Source: a virus
Lineage: Duplodnaviria; Caudoviricetes
Length of the DNA stretch: 27,931 bases
IMG/VR virus record: IMGVR_UViG_3300035659_001296
Location: 1 to 27,931 of that record
Strand: one strand, 5' to 3'
The notes below the pieces were generated by a model. That model saw only the letters and a program-made list of their open reading frames with translations. It was not told the origin of the DNA and searched no databases. Each line of letters begins with the position of its first letter. Within the stretch, counting starts at the first letter, position 1. The translations under genes were made by a program, and so were the position numbers. This document shows, piece by piece, positions 16,780 through 25,428 of the stretch.

Positions 16780-19700
16780 CAGGCCGGCCCTCCGATCGCC
16801 ATCCGAGATGCTTGCTTGACACCCGGTCGCAAAGGATCTGGCATCGAAGCGGACGGATGAAGAACCTTGTCGCCAACCTTACGGACTTGGAACCGCATAT
16901 TCCCGTCGCGATCCTCGCCCACCCACTTGACGTTCTTGCGGCCGAACTTGACCTCCAGATATGCCATGTAGGTGTCTTTTAACACAGACTGGACCTGTTC
17001 GAGCGGGTAATGGGCGCCAGACAACTGCCTCGACCAGATCGCCAACGGGATGTGCAGCTGAGCCTGCTCGTTATCCTCAAGACCATCGAAGAAGTCGTCA
17101 ACAGCTCGCACAGTTTCTTCACCCATGTGCATAGCCCCACCCCGCTGCTTGTTGCTTTGCACCGTGGGGCTTCTGTCGAGCAGGAATTGAGCGATAACAG
17201 TAGCCGCCCCGATAGCTCCAGACACTATCAGGCCCTTTTTCAACTGATGTTGCAGCTCAGCTTTCGCGGCCAACAGTAAACTAGGCTTGCCATTGGCCAC
17301 CGCCTGTTCCCCACGTGCGGCCATTTTCGGCTGCCCCTTAGCCGGTGGCGACTGATAACCACTGAGGACTTTGGCAATCTTGGCTTCCGCTTGTGCCCGG
17401 ATCTCTCGCAGGTATTGTTTATGGGCCTGTTTCACCCTGGCCAGGATCTCATTAGGCGTCGGGTTGTCTCCGGAACTCATCCACGCCTCGAACTCCGGAC
17501 GCTGGTCCATGTCCAGACCCTCGAACTCGTGCGGCCAGTACTCCTGCATGTCACGCTTGTGACCCGCGACCGTGCTGGCGAGATGTTTGTCTCGCTGTGC
17601 CTCAATCTTGGCGATCTTGCGGGCGTGCCGTGGTTTTATGTTGGCCGGCAAGACGCGGCCGCCCTTTACACTGGCTCCCTTCCGCGACTCGCCACCACCC
17701 TTCGGAGCGAATTTTCCGTCACTCTTACGCGGGTGCAAGCTCTCATCGAATCTGGCTGCGAACTTACTCACCTGCGTGGCGATCCGCTCCTGCGTATCTC
17801 CTTCGGCCAGCCAGGCCTTGAACTGATCGATTGTCAGGGACGTGACTGGCCCGACCTTCCAATTGTCATCGTACGAAGATCGGTAAGCGCGCACAGCCTC
17901 GTTCTCGTTGCGGAAACCCAGCATGACCTTGTGTTCATCGAACCGTCGGCTCAACGGTCCCTTGTGCTGGTCGATGATAAACAGCACCTCGCTCTCCGGA
18001 TGATCGCCGACAAACACATCCATGTGATCTCCGTCTTTGTCGGTAGTGCGACGAATGTAGCCGTAATGTGCCCCCATCACCGGCCATTGTGGCTTGCGAC
18101 GGTGCCCCTTCGGTGTTTCGATCGAGATCTCCAGACCGTGGATCCGAACGTGCCCGAGGCGATAGTTGCCCACCTCACGCTGCGGATCCGAGGGGTCAGG
18201 GTGCGCACTCTTGGCCGCGAACTCGATATCAGCTGCCGTCACACTGTGCTTGGATTTGGATCCACCGTCGTTGGTGCCCTGCTGCGGCCCAAACGTCGTC
18301 GTCGTGCTGGGTAGCCGTTGACCGCCTGGCTGCCCTGGCTGCGGGTTACCATTGGCGCCCCGCTGAATTGCTGGATCGTTCTGCTGGGCCATCGCCTGCG
18401 ACTGCATCTGCTGTTGCTGCTGCTGAGCCTGCATCTGCTGCCCCAACTGCGCCAGTTGCACCTCGCGATCCAGGGCCACGTTCTGCAGCACTTCCTCGTC
18501 CTCGTCCGGCATGCGTGCCCCGATCAGTCCCAGCAAGTCCAGGGCGGGGATCTTGGCGCCCATGCCAAAAGCAGCTGTCCAGGCCTGCATCTTGGAGGCC
18601 ATGTCATCGGCCTCGGTATCCAGCTTGAACAGCAATTTGATGTGCCGCGAGCTCGGGAAGTTGAACAGCTGCACCTGCCGCACGATGTCGCTGGTAATTG
18701 TTTCCTGCAACTTCATCGCGTCGTAGCGCACAATGTCGGCGTAGGTCGCCATGTGCGCGTCAGCCACACCGCTACCCAGACCGGTAGACGCGGCTTCGCT
18801 CGTGAGGACCTGGCCGAGGATGTAGCGCTTGATCTTGTGCGCGAAGTAAGACGTAATCAAGCCCATCAGCGCGTCGAGCCCAGCGAAACCAGGTTCGATG
18901 ACCTCGACCGTTTGCAGGTCGGCCATGTCGCCTGGTTGCACAGGCACGAGCAGTACCGCTTTGTTCGAGCGGTTCTGCGCGGCATCGATCGTCCGCTTCT
19001 CAGCCTCCGGATTGCCCGCCGGAAAACGCCAGATCTCGATACCATGCGAATTCCGTTCAATGAAGTCCATGGCGTTAGACAGCGTCTCCTGCATCATGTA
19101 CCAGGTCCAATAGATGCGATCTCGAATGCCCACGCCATGGACTCGCCCCATATCGCGAGTATCGTAATACTCGCCATCTTCGATCATGTGTCGGTGCAGG
19201 GCAGTGTTCTTGCGATCGAATTCATCGAGCCAGAAGACACGACCGAACTGCGAGGTCGTCTCCACCTTATGTCGCTGTTCACCCCGAAAATCCGTGCCAT
19301 CAGTCTGCCATTGCCAAGCCATGGATATGCGTAGGCCGATCTGGTCGTAGGAGTAACGGCCTGTCCCATCGTCGTAACGGAAGACGATCTTATCTCCATG
19401 ACGCGGTGTCCAGTGCTTGATGTATTGTCGCCAGTAGCCATTGATCGGGTCAGTTCCATATCGGTGACTGGTCAGGTGCCGACCGTACCACAACGCCTCC
19501 AGTAAGTTGCGGCGCAGTTCCATGAAGGACCATGTCTCGTCGAGGATCGTGGTCACCTTGGTGGCCAGGTCCTTGGCCGCCTCGTCCTTCGTATCCCGCG
19601 GTTCCACGTGCCACTGCAGTAGACAGGTCCCGCGCTGGCGAGCCTCTAGGCATTCCATGATCCCCGTCTCAGTACGCATGATCTGGGCGTTCTGCCTAGA

Positions 19701-19895
19701 ATCACGCAGGGCCTCGTCGTACCAGGGGTAAGTGCTGCTGACGGTCCCGATCCGTCCGGCCACGCTGAAGATATGCGGTAAGACTTCCTTGCCCATCTGC
19801 GGCGGCATGCCTTTGACCAGGCCAGCTGGATCGCGCGCAATCTTGGCCAGGAAACTGGCGGGCAAATTAGCCGGCAAGCCGTGTAGTTCGCTCAT
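16779..19895 (-). CDS. Portal protein (DUF935/Mu gp29-like) fused to an inorganic-pyrophosphatase-like domain and further C-terminal cargo (1038 aa)
   Basis: KIKRYILGQVLTSEA...GLGSGVADAH...DIVRYDAMKLQETIT is the DUF935 signature. A Gln-rich linker follows, then GNYRLGHVRIHGLEISIETPKG...HYGYIRRT.DKDGDHMDVFVG...IIDQ...FDEHKVMLGF...FKAWL (InPase of polyvalent proteins). Confidence 0.88.
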   Translation of the reverse strand: MSELHGLPANLPASFLAKIARDPAGLVKGMPPQMGKEVLPHIFSVAGRIGTVSSTYPWYDEALRDSRQNAQIMRTETGIMECLEARQRGTCLLQWHVEPRDTKDEAAKDLATKVTTILDETWSFMELRRNLLEALWYGRHLTSHRYGTDPINGYWRQYIKHWTPRHGDKIVFRYDDGTGRYSYDQIGLRISMAWQWQTDGTDFRGEQRHKVETTSQFGRVFWLDEFDRKNTALHRHMIEDGEYYDTRDMGRVHGVGIRDRIYWTWYMMQETLSNAMDFIERNSHGIEIWRFPAGNPEAEKRTIDAAQNRSNKAVLLVPVQPGDMADLQTVEVIEPGFAGLDALMGLITSYFAHKIKRYILGQVLTSEAASTGLGSGVADAHMATYADIVRYDAMKLQETITSDIVRQVQLFNFPSSRHIKLLFKLDTEADDMASKMQAWTAAFGMGAKIPALDLLGLIGARMPDEDEEVLQNVALDREVQLAQLGQQMQAQQQQQQMQSQAMAQQNDPAIQRGANGNPQPGQPGGQRLPSTTTTFGPQQGTNDGGSKSKHSVTAADIEFAAKSAHPDPSDPQREVGNYRLGHVRIHGLEISIETPKGHRRKPQWPVMGAHYGYIRRTTDKDGDHMDVFVGDHPESEVLFIIDQHKGPLSRRFDEHKVMLGFRNENEAVRAYRSSYDDNWKVGPVTSLTIDQFKAWLAEGDTQERIATQVSKFAARFDESLHPRKSDGKFAPKGGGESRKGASVKGGRVLPANIKPRHARKIAKIEAQRDKHLASTVAGHKRDMQEYWPHEFEGLDMDQRPEFEAWMSSGDNPTPNEILARVKQAHKQYLREIRAQAEAKIAKVLSGYQSPPAKGQPKMAARGEQAVANGKPSLLLAAKAELQHQLKKGLIVSGAIGAATVIAQFLLDRSPTVQSNKQRGGAMHMGEETVRAVDDFFDGLEDNEQAQLHIPLAIWSRQLSGAHYPLEQVQSVLKDTYMAYLEVKFGRKNVKWVGEDRDGNMRFQVRKVGDKVLHPSASMPDPLRPGVKQASRMAIGGPA

Positions 19896-19915
19896 GGTTC
19901 GACCTTACAGGTGGG

Positions 19916-20308
19916 TTAGGCGCCTCGAGCGGCAACCTCGAGGATCTTGGTCGTGATCGAAGCGTCCGTGCCAACAAACCGAAATCGCACGGTGTACCAG
20001 CCGGCTGTCGGGAAAGCTGCAGCAGGCGCCAGCCAGTGCAAATTGTAGCCCTGTTCACTGCGTTGATCGTTGGTGTCGTCGTCGAAAGTCACGTCCGTCG
20101 TAAGCGGATTGGCATACAGGTACGTGGCCACGACCAAAGACGCGTTCGTGTACGTGATGGTGCCGCCCTGCTTGGTGACCTGCACTGCGATGCTCGCCAC
20201 GTTGCTGGGTGCGGCGATCGCGCCTGACGTCAGCCGCACCAGCACTCGCAAGTTCGGCGTGTCACCGGCGCGACAGTTACTGCGGATCGGTAGGGATTCG
20301 TCAATCAT
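19916..20308 (-). CDS. Hypothetical beta-sandwich (Ig-like) protein
   Basis: 130 aa with alternating hydrophobic strands and a ...FPTAGWYTVRFRF... motif typical of Ig-like F strands. Co-oriented and closely spaced. Confidence 0.55.
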   Translation of the reverse strand: MIDESLPIRSNCRAGDTPNLRVLVRLTSGAIAAPSNVASIAVQVTKQGGTITYTNASLVVATYLYANPLTTDVTFDDDTNDQRSEQGYNLHWLAPAAAFPTAGWYTVRFRFVGTDASITTKILEVAARGA

Positions 20309-20322
20309 GGTCTCGCATGTCC

Positions 20323-20847
20323 TTATCCGAAATCACCACACCAATCATCGCCACGCACCACCGGCCAAATTGCAGGTGCTTGTTCGATCAGTGCATCCTC
20401 TTCCATGTCCAGATCCAAGGCACATCGTGGTGCATGTCGTCGACACAGCCCGCTCTGTAGTCCAGCGGGCATGTCTGGACTCTGGTCTTCTTTCTGCTCG
20501 AAGAAGTTGCATTTCGCACACACCGATTTGCGAATAGCCATGCTGTCCGACATAGATTCTTTCTGTATTCGCTCGATCTCGAATTTCACTACGAGGTCTC
20601 GCAGTCGATCGCTGATCACTGCTCCGCGATGCTGCAGGACATCCTTCTCGGTAACAGTCACGGAAGTCCTGGACTCACCAACGCGCGCCTCGAAGAACAC
20701 ATTCCGGTTTCTCATGTCCGTAGATTGATAGACAATGGATTGTTCCAGCAACCTATCGTACAAATCACGACTATCCACGACCTCGATTGGGTGCCCCACG
20801 ATTCGATTCCCCTCGATTCGGTTCCCCTCGATTCGGCAGAAACTCAC
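20323..20847 (-). CDS. Hypothetical protein with C-terminal 4-Cys metal-binding motif (start uncertain, likely GTG 20778 or later)
   Basis: CAKC...GLCRRHAP...WPVVRGDDWCGDF. The N-terminal RIEGN repeats are the alternative-frame reading of the upstream gene's repeat. Confidence 0.6.
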   Translation of the reverse strand: MSFCRIEGNRIEGNRIVGHPIEVVDSRDLYDRLLEQSIVYQSTDMRNRNVFFEARVGESRTSVTVTEKDVLQHRGAVISDRLRDLVVKFEIERIQKESMSDSMAIRKSVCAKCNFFEQKEDQSPDMPAGLQSGLCRRHAPRCALDLDMEEDALIEQAPAIWPVVRGDDWCGDFG

Positions 20848-21805
20848 GACTCGGCAACGATGACCGCTGCCACGTACCCCGCCCCCGATGCGGCACTTGC
20901 ACGGACCGACGGAAATATCCCTCTTCGGTCACCTTGCGCGGGATGTAGATCTCCTGCCGCGTCACCAGCGTGCCACCGACCAGTTCATAGGGGTGTTGAT
21001 GTCCAGAGATACTACCTCGCGTCCGCAGATAATCCCACACGGCCCCGCCGGCGCTGGCAGCCGCCTCTCGCGAGAAACTCCGGTACTGCTGCAACGACAC
21101 GCCGTAGTAGGCGTACGTAGCGCCGGCCGCACTGCTGGCCTTCTTCATCCCCGGGTGCCAGGCCAGAAACGTCACATACAATGTGCCGAAATTCTCAGTT
21201 TCTTGGGCGAACGCGTAGGAATACACGTTCGACGACGAAACCTTGACCTCGCTCTGCACGAGCCAGTCCGTGGCGGCCTTGTTTCCCCACTCCCGCTCGC
21301 CCTGGTCCTCAGATTTAGCCTCTCCAGGACGTGCGATCTGATACCCAGCACTCTGCAACAGTTCCTGGGCGGCGGCCAACCCCCGTGCGTAGCCGGCGTG
21401 CCCGCGTTGCACCATGGCTTCGCCGCCCATAGCTCGGATCAAGTCCAACGCAGCATCGAAGGCGGATTGCGTGTAATTGCGGGTCGAACCTTGTGCCAGG
21501 GTAGAACGGATCACATCCCCGATCGGCCCGAGCAGCCCCAGTAACCGGTTCAACTGGTCGCTCTGTTCGTCCTTCTTGCCGTACTTGGTGACCCGCCCGT
21601 GCGCGAGCTTGTCCATCAGGTCGCGGACCTCTGGCGAGGTGATCCCACGCATCATCCGCGAGACATTCTGCTGCCCCGGGCGCCCGCTGACTATCTTCCT
21701 TAAGCTCTTCTGCAGCCCGGCGGTCGGATGGTGGACGAAGGTGCGTCGAGCCAACCGTCGATCGGCAGCTGAGGCCTTCGTGAACAGAGCAGAACCCGCC
21801 ATCAC
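20771..21805 (-). CDS. KTSC-like domain protein (344 aa)
   Basis: VSSSNVYSYAF...TLYVTF...ATYAYYGVSLQQYRSF...SAGGAVWDYLR matches the KTSC pattern. It has a basic helical N-terminus and C-terminal PNRG repeats. Confidence 0.7.
   Translation of the reverse strand: MMAGSALFTKASAADRRLARRTFVHHPTAGLQKSLRKIVSGRPGQQNVSRMMRGITSPEVRDLMDKLAHGRVTKYGKKDEQSDQLNRLLGLLGPIGDVIRSTLAQGSTRNYTQSAFDAALDLIRAMGGEAMVQRGHAGYARGLAAAQELLQSAGYQIARPGEAKSEDQGEREWGNKAATDWLVQSEVKVSSSNVYSYAFAQETENFGTLYVTFLAWHPGMKKASSAAGATYAYYGVSLQQYRSFSREAAASAGGAVWDYLRTRGSISGHQHPYELVGGTLVTRQEIYIPRKVTEEGYFRRSVQVPHRGRGTWQRSSLPSREFLPNRGEPNRGESNRGAPNRGRG
20780..20836 (-). repeat. 15-bp-period coding tandem repeat (PNRGE PNRGE SNRGA PNRG)
   Basis: CCGAATCGAGGGGAA CCGAATCGAGGGGAA TCGAATCGTGGGGCA CCCAATCGAGGT read directly from the sequence. 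Confidence 0.9.
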
Positions 21806-21870
21806 GCCACCTTTGGTACGAACACCCTGCCGTAGCCTAGCTCTTATGCGGTCGGTCGAATAGACGAACT

Positions 21871-22140
21871 TCAGTTATGCCGGAGTCCGACGTAGACGGC
21901 CCGGAACGTCTGGTGGATGTAATTCAAGCTGGCCCGGGGTGTCAGATCTTCCTCGAATTCGTACACGTACACCCATTGCCCACGCACCACCATGTACCGA
22001 CTATGAGCCAAAGCCTCCCCTTGCGGGAAGCGAATCACAATTTCGGCGCCATCCTCCGGACCTCCCTGGAACCGTACCAATACGGGAGCGAAGGGTGGCG
22101 AGGTGACTGGACGAGAAGATTTACTGTCGCGTTTTTCCAT
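21871..22140 (-). CDS. Hypothetical small protein with GGPxDG motif (89 aa)
   Basis: AAAGGAG lies 9 nt before ATG 22140, overlapping the terL 3' end; contains VRFQGGPEDGAEIV. Confidence 0.6.
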   Translation of the reverse strand: MEKRDSKSSRPVTSPPFAPVLVRFQGGPEDGAEIVIRFPQGEALAHSRYMVVRGQWVYVYEFEEDLTPRASLNYIHQTFRAVYVGLRHN

Positions 22141-23650
22141 AGTCGTCATCTCCTTTGTGGTAGCCGCGCGTGCGGAGGCGCTTCGCAGCCGACTCATTGA
22201 GCTGGATCCCGAATTTCGTCTCGCCAACCCGACTGGCCTCGACATTGGTCCGCGTGATATTGCCACCCACGGCGCCCGTGAGGGATGCCAGCTTATTCAG
22301 GGCACCGGAGGTGGCGTCCACCATGTCGTCGTGCACATATTCAGGAAAAGAGCACAGTTCTTCTAGCCAATCCTCGTTCCACGATCCGCGTTTGACCCAT
22401 ACTCGTCCGTTCTCAGCTTGCGACTGCAGTGGTCGCGCGCGTACCACCTTCGCATCACCCGGTAGTGTTTGGTGACCTTCATGGCGTTTGCGAATGCCGG
22501 TAACGCGGTCCACGTTGACGGGGAATCTAGCCAGATTGACCACGGCCTGTTGTGCGACTTCTTTGCCACCAGAACCCCCTTCCTGTTCGATATAGATCAT
22601 GACGGCGTTGACGTACTTCTTGGCGTCTTCGTAGGCGGTCGATTCGATGATTTTGTCACGTTGGTGGGCCGTCCATTGCCCGCGAATCACATGCTCCACA
22701 TAGAACTGCCCGTTCGCGGTCCGGGCCATCAGCACTCCTGCCGAGTAGTCGGCGTTGCGATTCTCACCGACTCCTGTAGCTGCTCGATCCCAGTAGCGGA
22801 CGCGGAGGGCCTCGGCCGGCACCTCGTCCACCATCGTGAACCACTCACGTTTAAACATCAGGCCGTCGAGGTCGACGAAATCACCCGACAGCTCCTGCGC
22901 CGCCAGCTGCGTGCTGTAGTGCTGACGGATGTTCCGGTAGAACTCCTCGGGCAGAAACGGGTTGTCCCAAGTGGCAGCCTGCACAAGTTGGGTGTTGTGG
23001 GCGCGTACGTAACGGAGGCCCGAGAACTCGACCACCAGTTGCGGTTCCGCCTCGGACTCTGTCACCGGATCTATGCCGATCCACACCACCTGGCCATCCA
23101 GGAACGCATACCGACCCTCAGCCCCCGGCTCAACCCGATGGAAGAAGGTCTCGAACGTCCAATGCCGGCGCCCCCGCGGCGTGAAGGTCAGAATCACCGG
23201 TCCCATGCGCCCGCGGTGCCGCAGCGTGCCGATCCCGATCTTGAAAGTGTCCGGCTTGCAGATCGAAGCCTCGTCGATCCATAAGCCAGCTTTGTTGGGT
23301 CCTCGCAGCCGTTCAGGATCCTCGCCCGAGCGAAACACGATGTCCGCCATGCCCCCGTCCGAGGCTCGGAACGTGCAGCGGGGAACGGGCGATTTGACGA
23401 GGCGAACGAACAGATCCAGTCGCCTGGCAACCTCCACGAACGTGGGCAGCGTCGTCTCGTGGATCATACTGAACGTCGGGCTGACTGACATCCACGGATC
23501 GCCGTCGACGGAGCGAGCCAGCACGTCAATGGCGCCGACGACGGTTTTGCCAGATCCGCGGCCCGCCACGAACCCACGGACCCAGGACGTCGAGTGGCGG
23601 AATTCGCACTGCTTGGAGGACATCCTCAGCAAGTGCGTGCGTGCAATCAT
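22121..23650 (-). CDS. terL: Terminase large subunit
   Basis: Walker A AGRGSGKT, LRG, Walker B LWIDE, coupling motif TFTP. RNase H-like nuclease RYWDRA...ADYSAG...YIEQEGGSGGK...HDDMVDATSGA. Confidence 0.96.
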   Translation of the reverse strand: MIARTHLLRMSSKQCEFRHSTSWVRGFVAGRGSGKTVVGAIDVLARSVDGDPWMSVSPTFSMIHETTLPTFVEVARRLDLFVRLVKSPVPRCTFRASDGGMADIVFRSGEDPERLRGPNKAGLWIDEASICKPDTFKIGIGTLRHRGRMGPVILTFTPRGRRHWTFETFFHRVEPGAEGRYAFLDGQVVWIGIDPVTESEAEPQLVVEFSGLRYVRAHNTQLVQAATWDNPFLPEEFYRNIRQHYSTQLAAQELSGDFVDLDGLMFKREWFTMVDEVPAEALRVRYWDRAATGVGENRNADYSAGVLMARTANGQFYVEHVIRGQWTAHQRDKIIESTAYEDAKKYVNAVMIYIEQEGGSGGKEVAQQAVVNLARFPVNVDRVTGIRKRHEGHQTLPGDAKVVRARPLQSQAENGRVWVKRGSWNEDWLEELCSFPEYVHDDMVDATSGALNKLASLTGAVGGNITRTNVEASRVGETKFGIQLNESAAKRLRTRGYHKGDDDYGKTRQ

Positions 23651-24255
23651 AGCGAGCGATCCGTCTCTGCCGATTTCGCGATCATCAGTTCGTACTGCTG
23701 GAGGGTCATGGCCTCGAAGTTCCTCAGCTCTTCACGGTCCCTGATCTCGATCTCGATGATCTTGGTTTGCATCTGGGCGGTGTTCGACGCCACCCGGGCA
23801 CTGGTGAAGCTCAGCGGGTCGTTGATGTGCAGCAGGTCGTGCAACAACTGCGTGAGCCTGGCATAAATGGCCATGTAGGATGCCTGATGATCCTCGCCAA
23901 ACCGGTTGACCGCCGTTTCCCACTGCTCCAGCACCTCAGCCCGGGCGGCTTCCAGCAGCCCAACTTCGCGTTCGCGAATGACCCGGTAGTCCAGCAGCAT
24001 GTGCTCGTGCCAGCTCTTGGCGATCACCTGCAGGTCTTTCTGGATTGTGCGGTAACTCACACCCAGCTGGTGGGCGATCTGGTTGTAGTCATTGCCCCGC
24101 GCGCGGAGGCTGGCCACCTTCGCCCGGCGATCGGCCAGCAAATGCGCTGCCAAGTTGCTAGCGCCGCGCTTGAGCTTCTTGCCCGGTAGATTACCGGCCG
24201 GTGGCTTACCCTGTCCTGGCTTTGGTCCGGGTTTCGTCACTCGCGGAACCTCCAT
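23647..24255 (-). CDS. terS: Terminase small subunit (HTH)
   Basis: HTH RRAKVASLRARGNDYNQIAHQLGVSYRTIQKDL followed by long helices; ATGA overlap with the terL start. Confidence 0.75.
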   Translation of the reverse strand: MEVPRVTKPGPKPGQGKPPAGNLPGKKLKRGASNLAAHLLADRRAKVASLRARGNDYNQIAHQLGVSYRTIQKDLQVIAKSWHEHMLLDYRVIREREVGLLEAARAEVLEQWETAVNRFGEDHQASYMAIYARLTQLLHDLLHINDPLSFTSARVASNTAQMQTKIIEIEIRDREELRNFEAMTLQQYELMIAKSAETDRSL

Positions 24256-24278
24256 ACTGCGACTGTCTGTTACGTCGT

Positions 24279-25346
24279 CTACTGCTGCACAGCCGCCCCA
24301 TGAGCCTGCTTGGCCAAGATCCGCCCGACATTGACCGGCCCGGGTGCGTTGGGCAGATGCTTGATGGCTTCAGCGATCCGGCCGGGCTTCAGGCCATCTT
24401 CCGACATGCGGACAATCCGCCCCTCGAGATCACCCCCGAACTCCGGGTAAGTGTTCACCTCGGTAGCCGGTAGTTTGTTGAGTTGCAGTTTGGCCTCTGC
24501 TTCGAGGGACGCGTCCCGACTGCGTGCCAGGTTCTGTTCCCGATGCATCTGAGCCTGTCGGAACGTGGCAAAATTGGTTGTGGCAGCGTCTAGAGCAATT
24601 CCCATCTCAGCCGCCCGGGTCTGAATCTGATCGGAGCTCAAATCCGGCTTCATTTTCATGATCTGTTGCAGGTTGGTCGTTCCGATGATCAGATCGTCCA
24701 GGCTCTCGCGGACCGGTTTGCTGGCCGGCCGCTCACGAGCCGTCTGGATTGAGCGCGAAGCCTTCTCGAGCTGCGTGCAGCGATCCTCCCACCACGCAGA
24801 GAGCTCTTTCTCGTAGGCCACCTGCCGCGGATGGACGAACGTCGCCGGGTTGTAATGCGTGCCGGGTTTGTCCAATTCCTCCTGAATCATTTCTTCGCCC
24901 CGGGACGGACCGAAATGGACCCAGTGGTATTCCTTGAGGATCTGGTCATGATTGGTGTTGTTCGTGATCATCTGCCGCAGGGGTGTGGGCCGCTCCCACC
25001 GCTGTCGGACCCGCGCTCGCTGCAAGTTCCCGAACGCCCCCCACAGCTGCACGCTGCCCCCGGGATGCACGCGTACAGCCTGGTCCCTGGCAGCTTGCCC
25101 AAACTTTGTAAACTCGTCATCGAAGACGTCCACTGCCCGAACGAGATCCCTCGCATCAGGTTCGATGTCCAGCGTGTCGCACAGCTCGAACAAGCGGACC
25201 GCCGCCCGCTCGATGCCCGCCCCCAGGGCCTTGACCGCCCGCCCGTTGTAACCGACCAGGAGGGATTCCTCGCGCGACCCCTCCCATTGATGGACCTCGT
25301 CCTCGAGCAGTTGCACCAACGCCAGAACATCCCCTCGGCTAACCAT
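24279..25346 (-). CDS. Hypothetical helical protein (355 aa), possible C-terminal HTH
   Basis: Long co-oriented ORF with an AAAGGA RBS; C-terminal RIVRMSEDGLKPGRIAEAI...VGRIL is HTH-like. Confidence 0.7.
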   Translation of the reverse strand: MVSRGDVLALVQLLEDEVHQWEGSREESLLVGYNGRAVKALGAGIERAAVRLFELCDTLDIEPDARDLVRAVDVFDDEFTKFGQAARDQAVRVHPGGSVQLWGAFGNLQRARVRQRWERPTPLRQMITNNTNHDQILKEYHWVHFGPSRGEEMIQEELDKPGTHYNPATFVHPRQVAYEKELSAWWEDRCTQLEKASRSIQTARERPASKPVRESLDDLIIGTTNLQQIMKMKPDLSSDQIQTRAAEMGIALDAATTNFATFRQAQMHREQNLARSRDASLEAEAKLQLNKLPATEVNTYPEFGGDLEGRIVRMSEDGLKPGRIAEAIKHLPNAPGPVNVGRILAKQAHGAAVQQ

Positions 25347-25375
25347 TACGCATGTCCTTTGTGAGTTGAAGCAGG

Positions 25376-25413
25376 GCCGGCGGTGCTGAGGAAGATCAGC
25401 TCAGGCCGCCGGC
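25376..25413. other. Intergenic GC-rich hairpin
   Basis: GCCGGCGG (25376-25383) / CCGCCGGC (25406-25413) with inner CTGAG/CTCAG pairing; no clear U tract on either strand. Confidence 0.55.
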
Positions 25414-25428
25414 ACCGCAAGGGTTCGG

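Noticed and set aside
20779-20847. RIEGN repeats as a real N-terminus of the 4-Cys protein
   Set aside because: They are the alternative-frame reading of the upstream gene's PNRG repeat; a later start is more parsimonious.
22991-23140. Intein in TerL (the insertion ends in HN-T)
   Set aside because: About 50 aa is far too short for a HINT domain, and there is no N-terminal Cys/Ser block A or TxxH block B.
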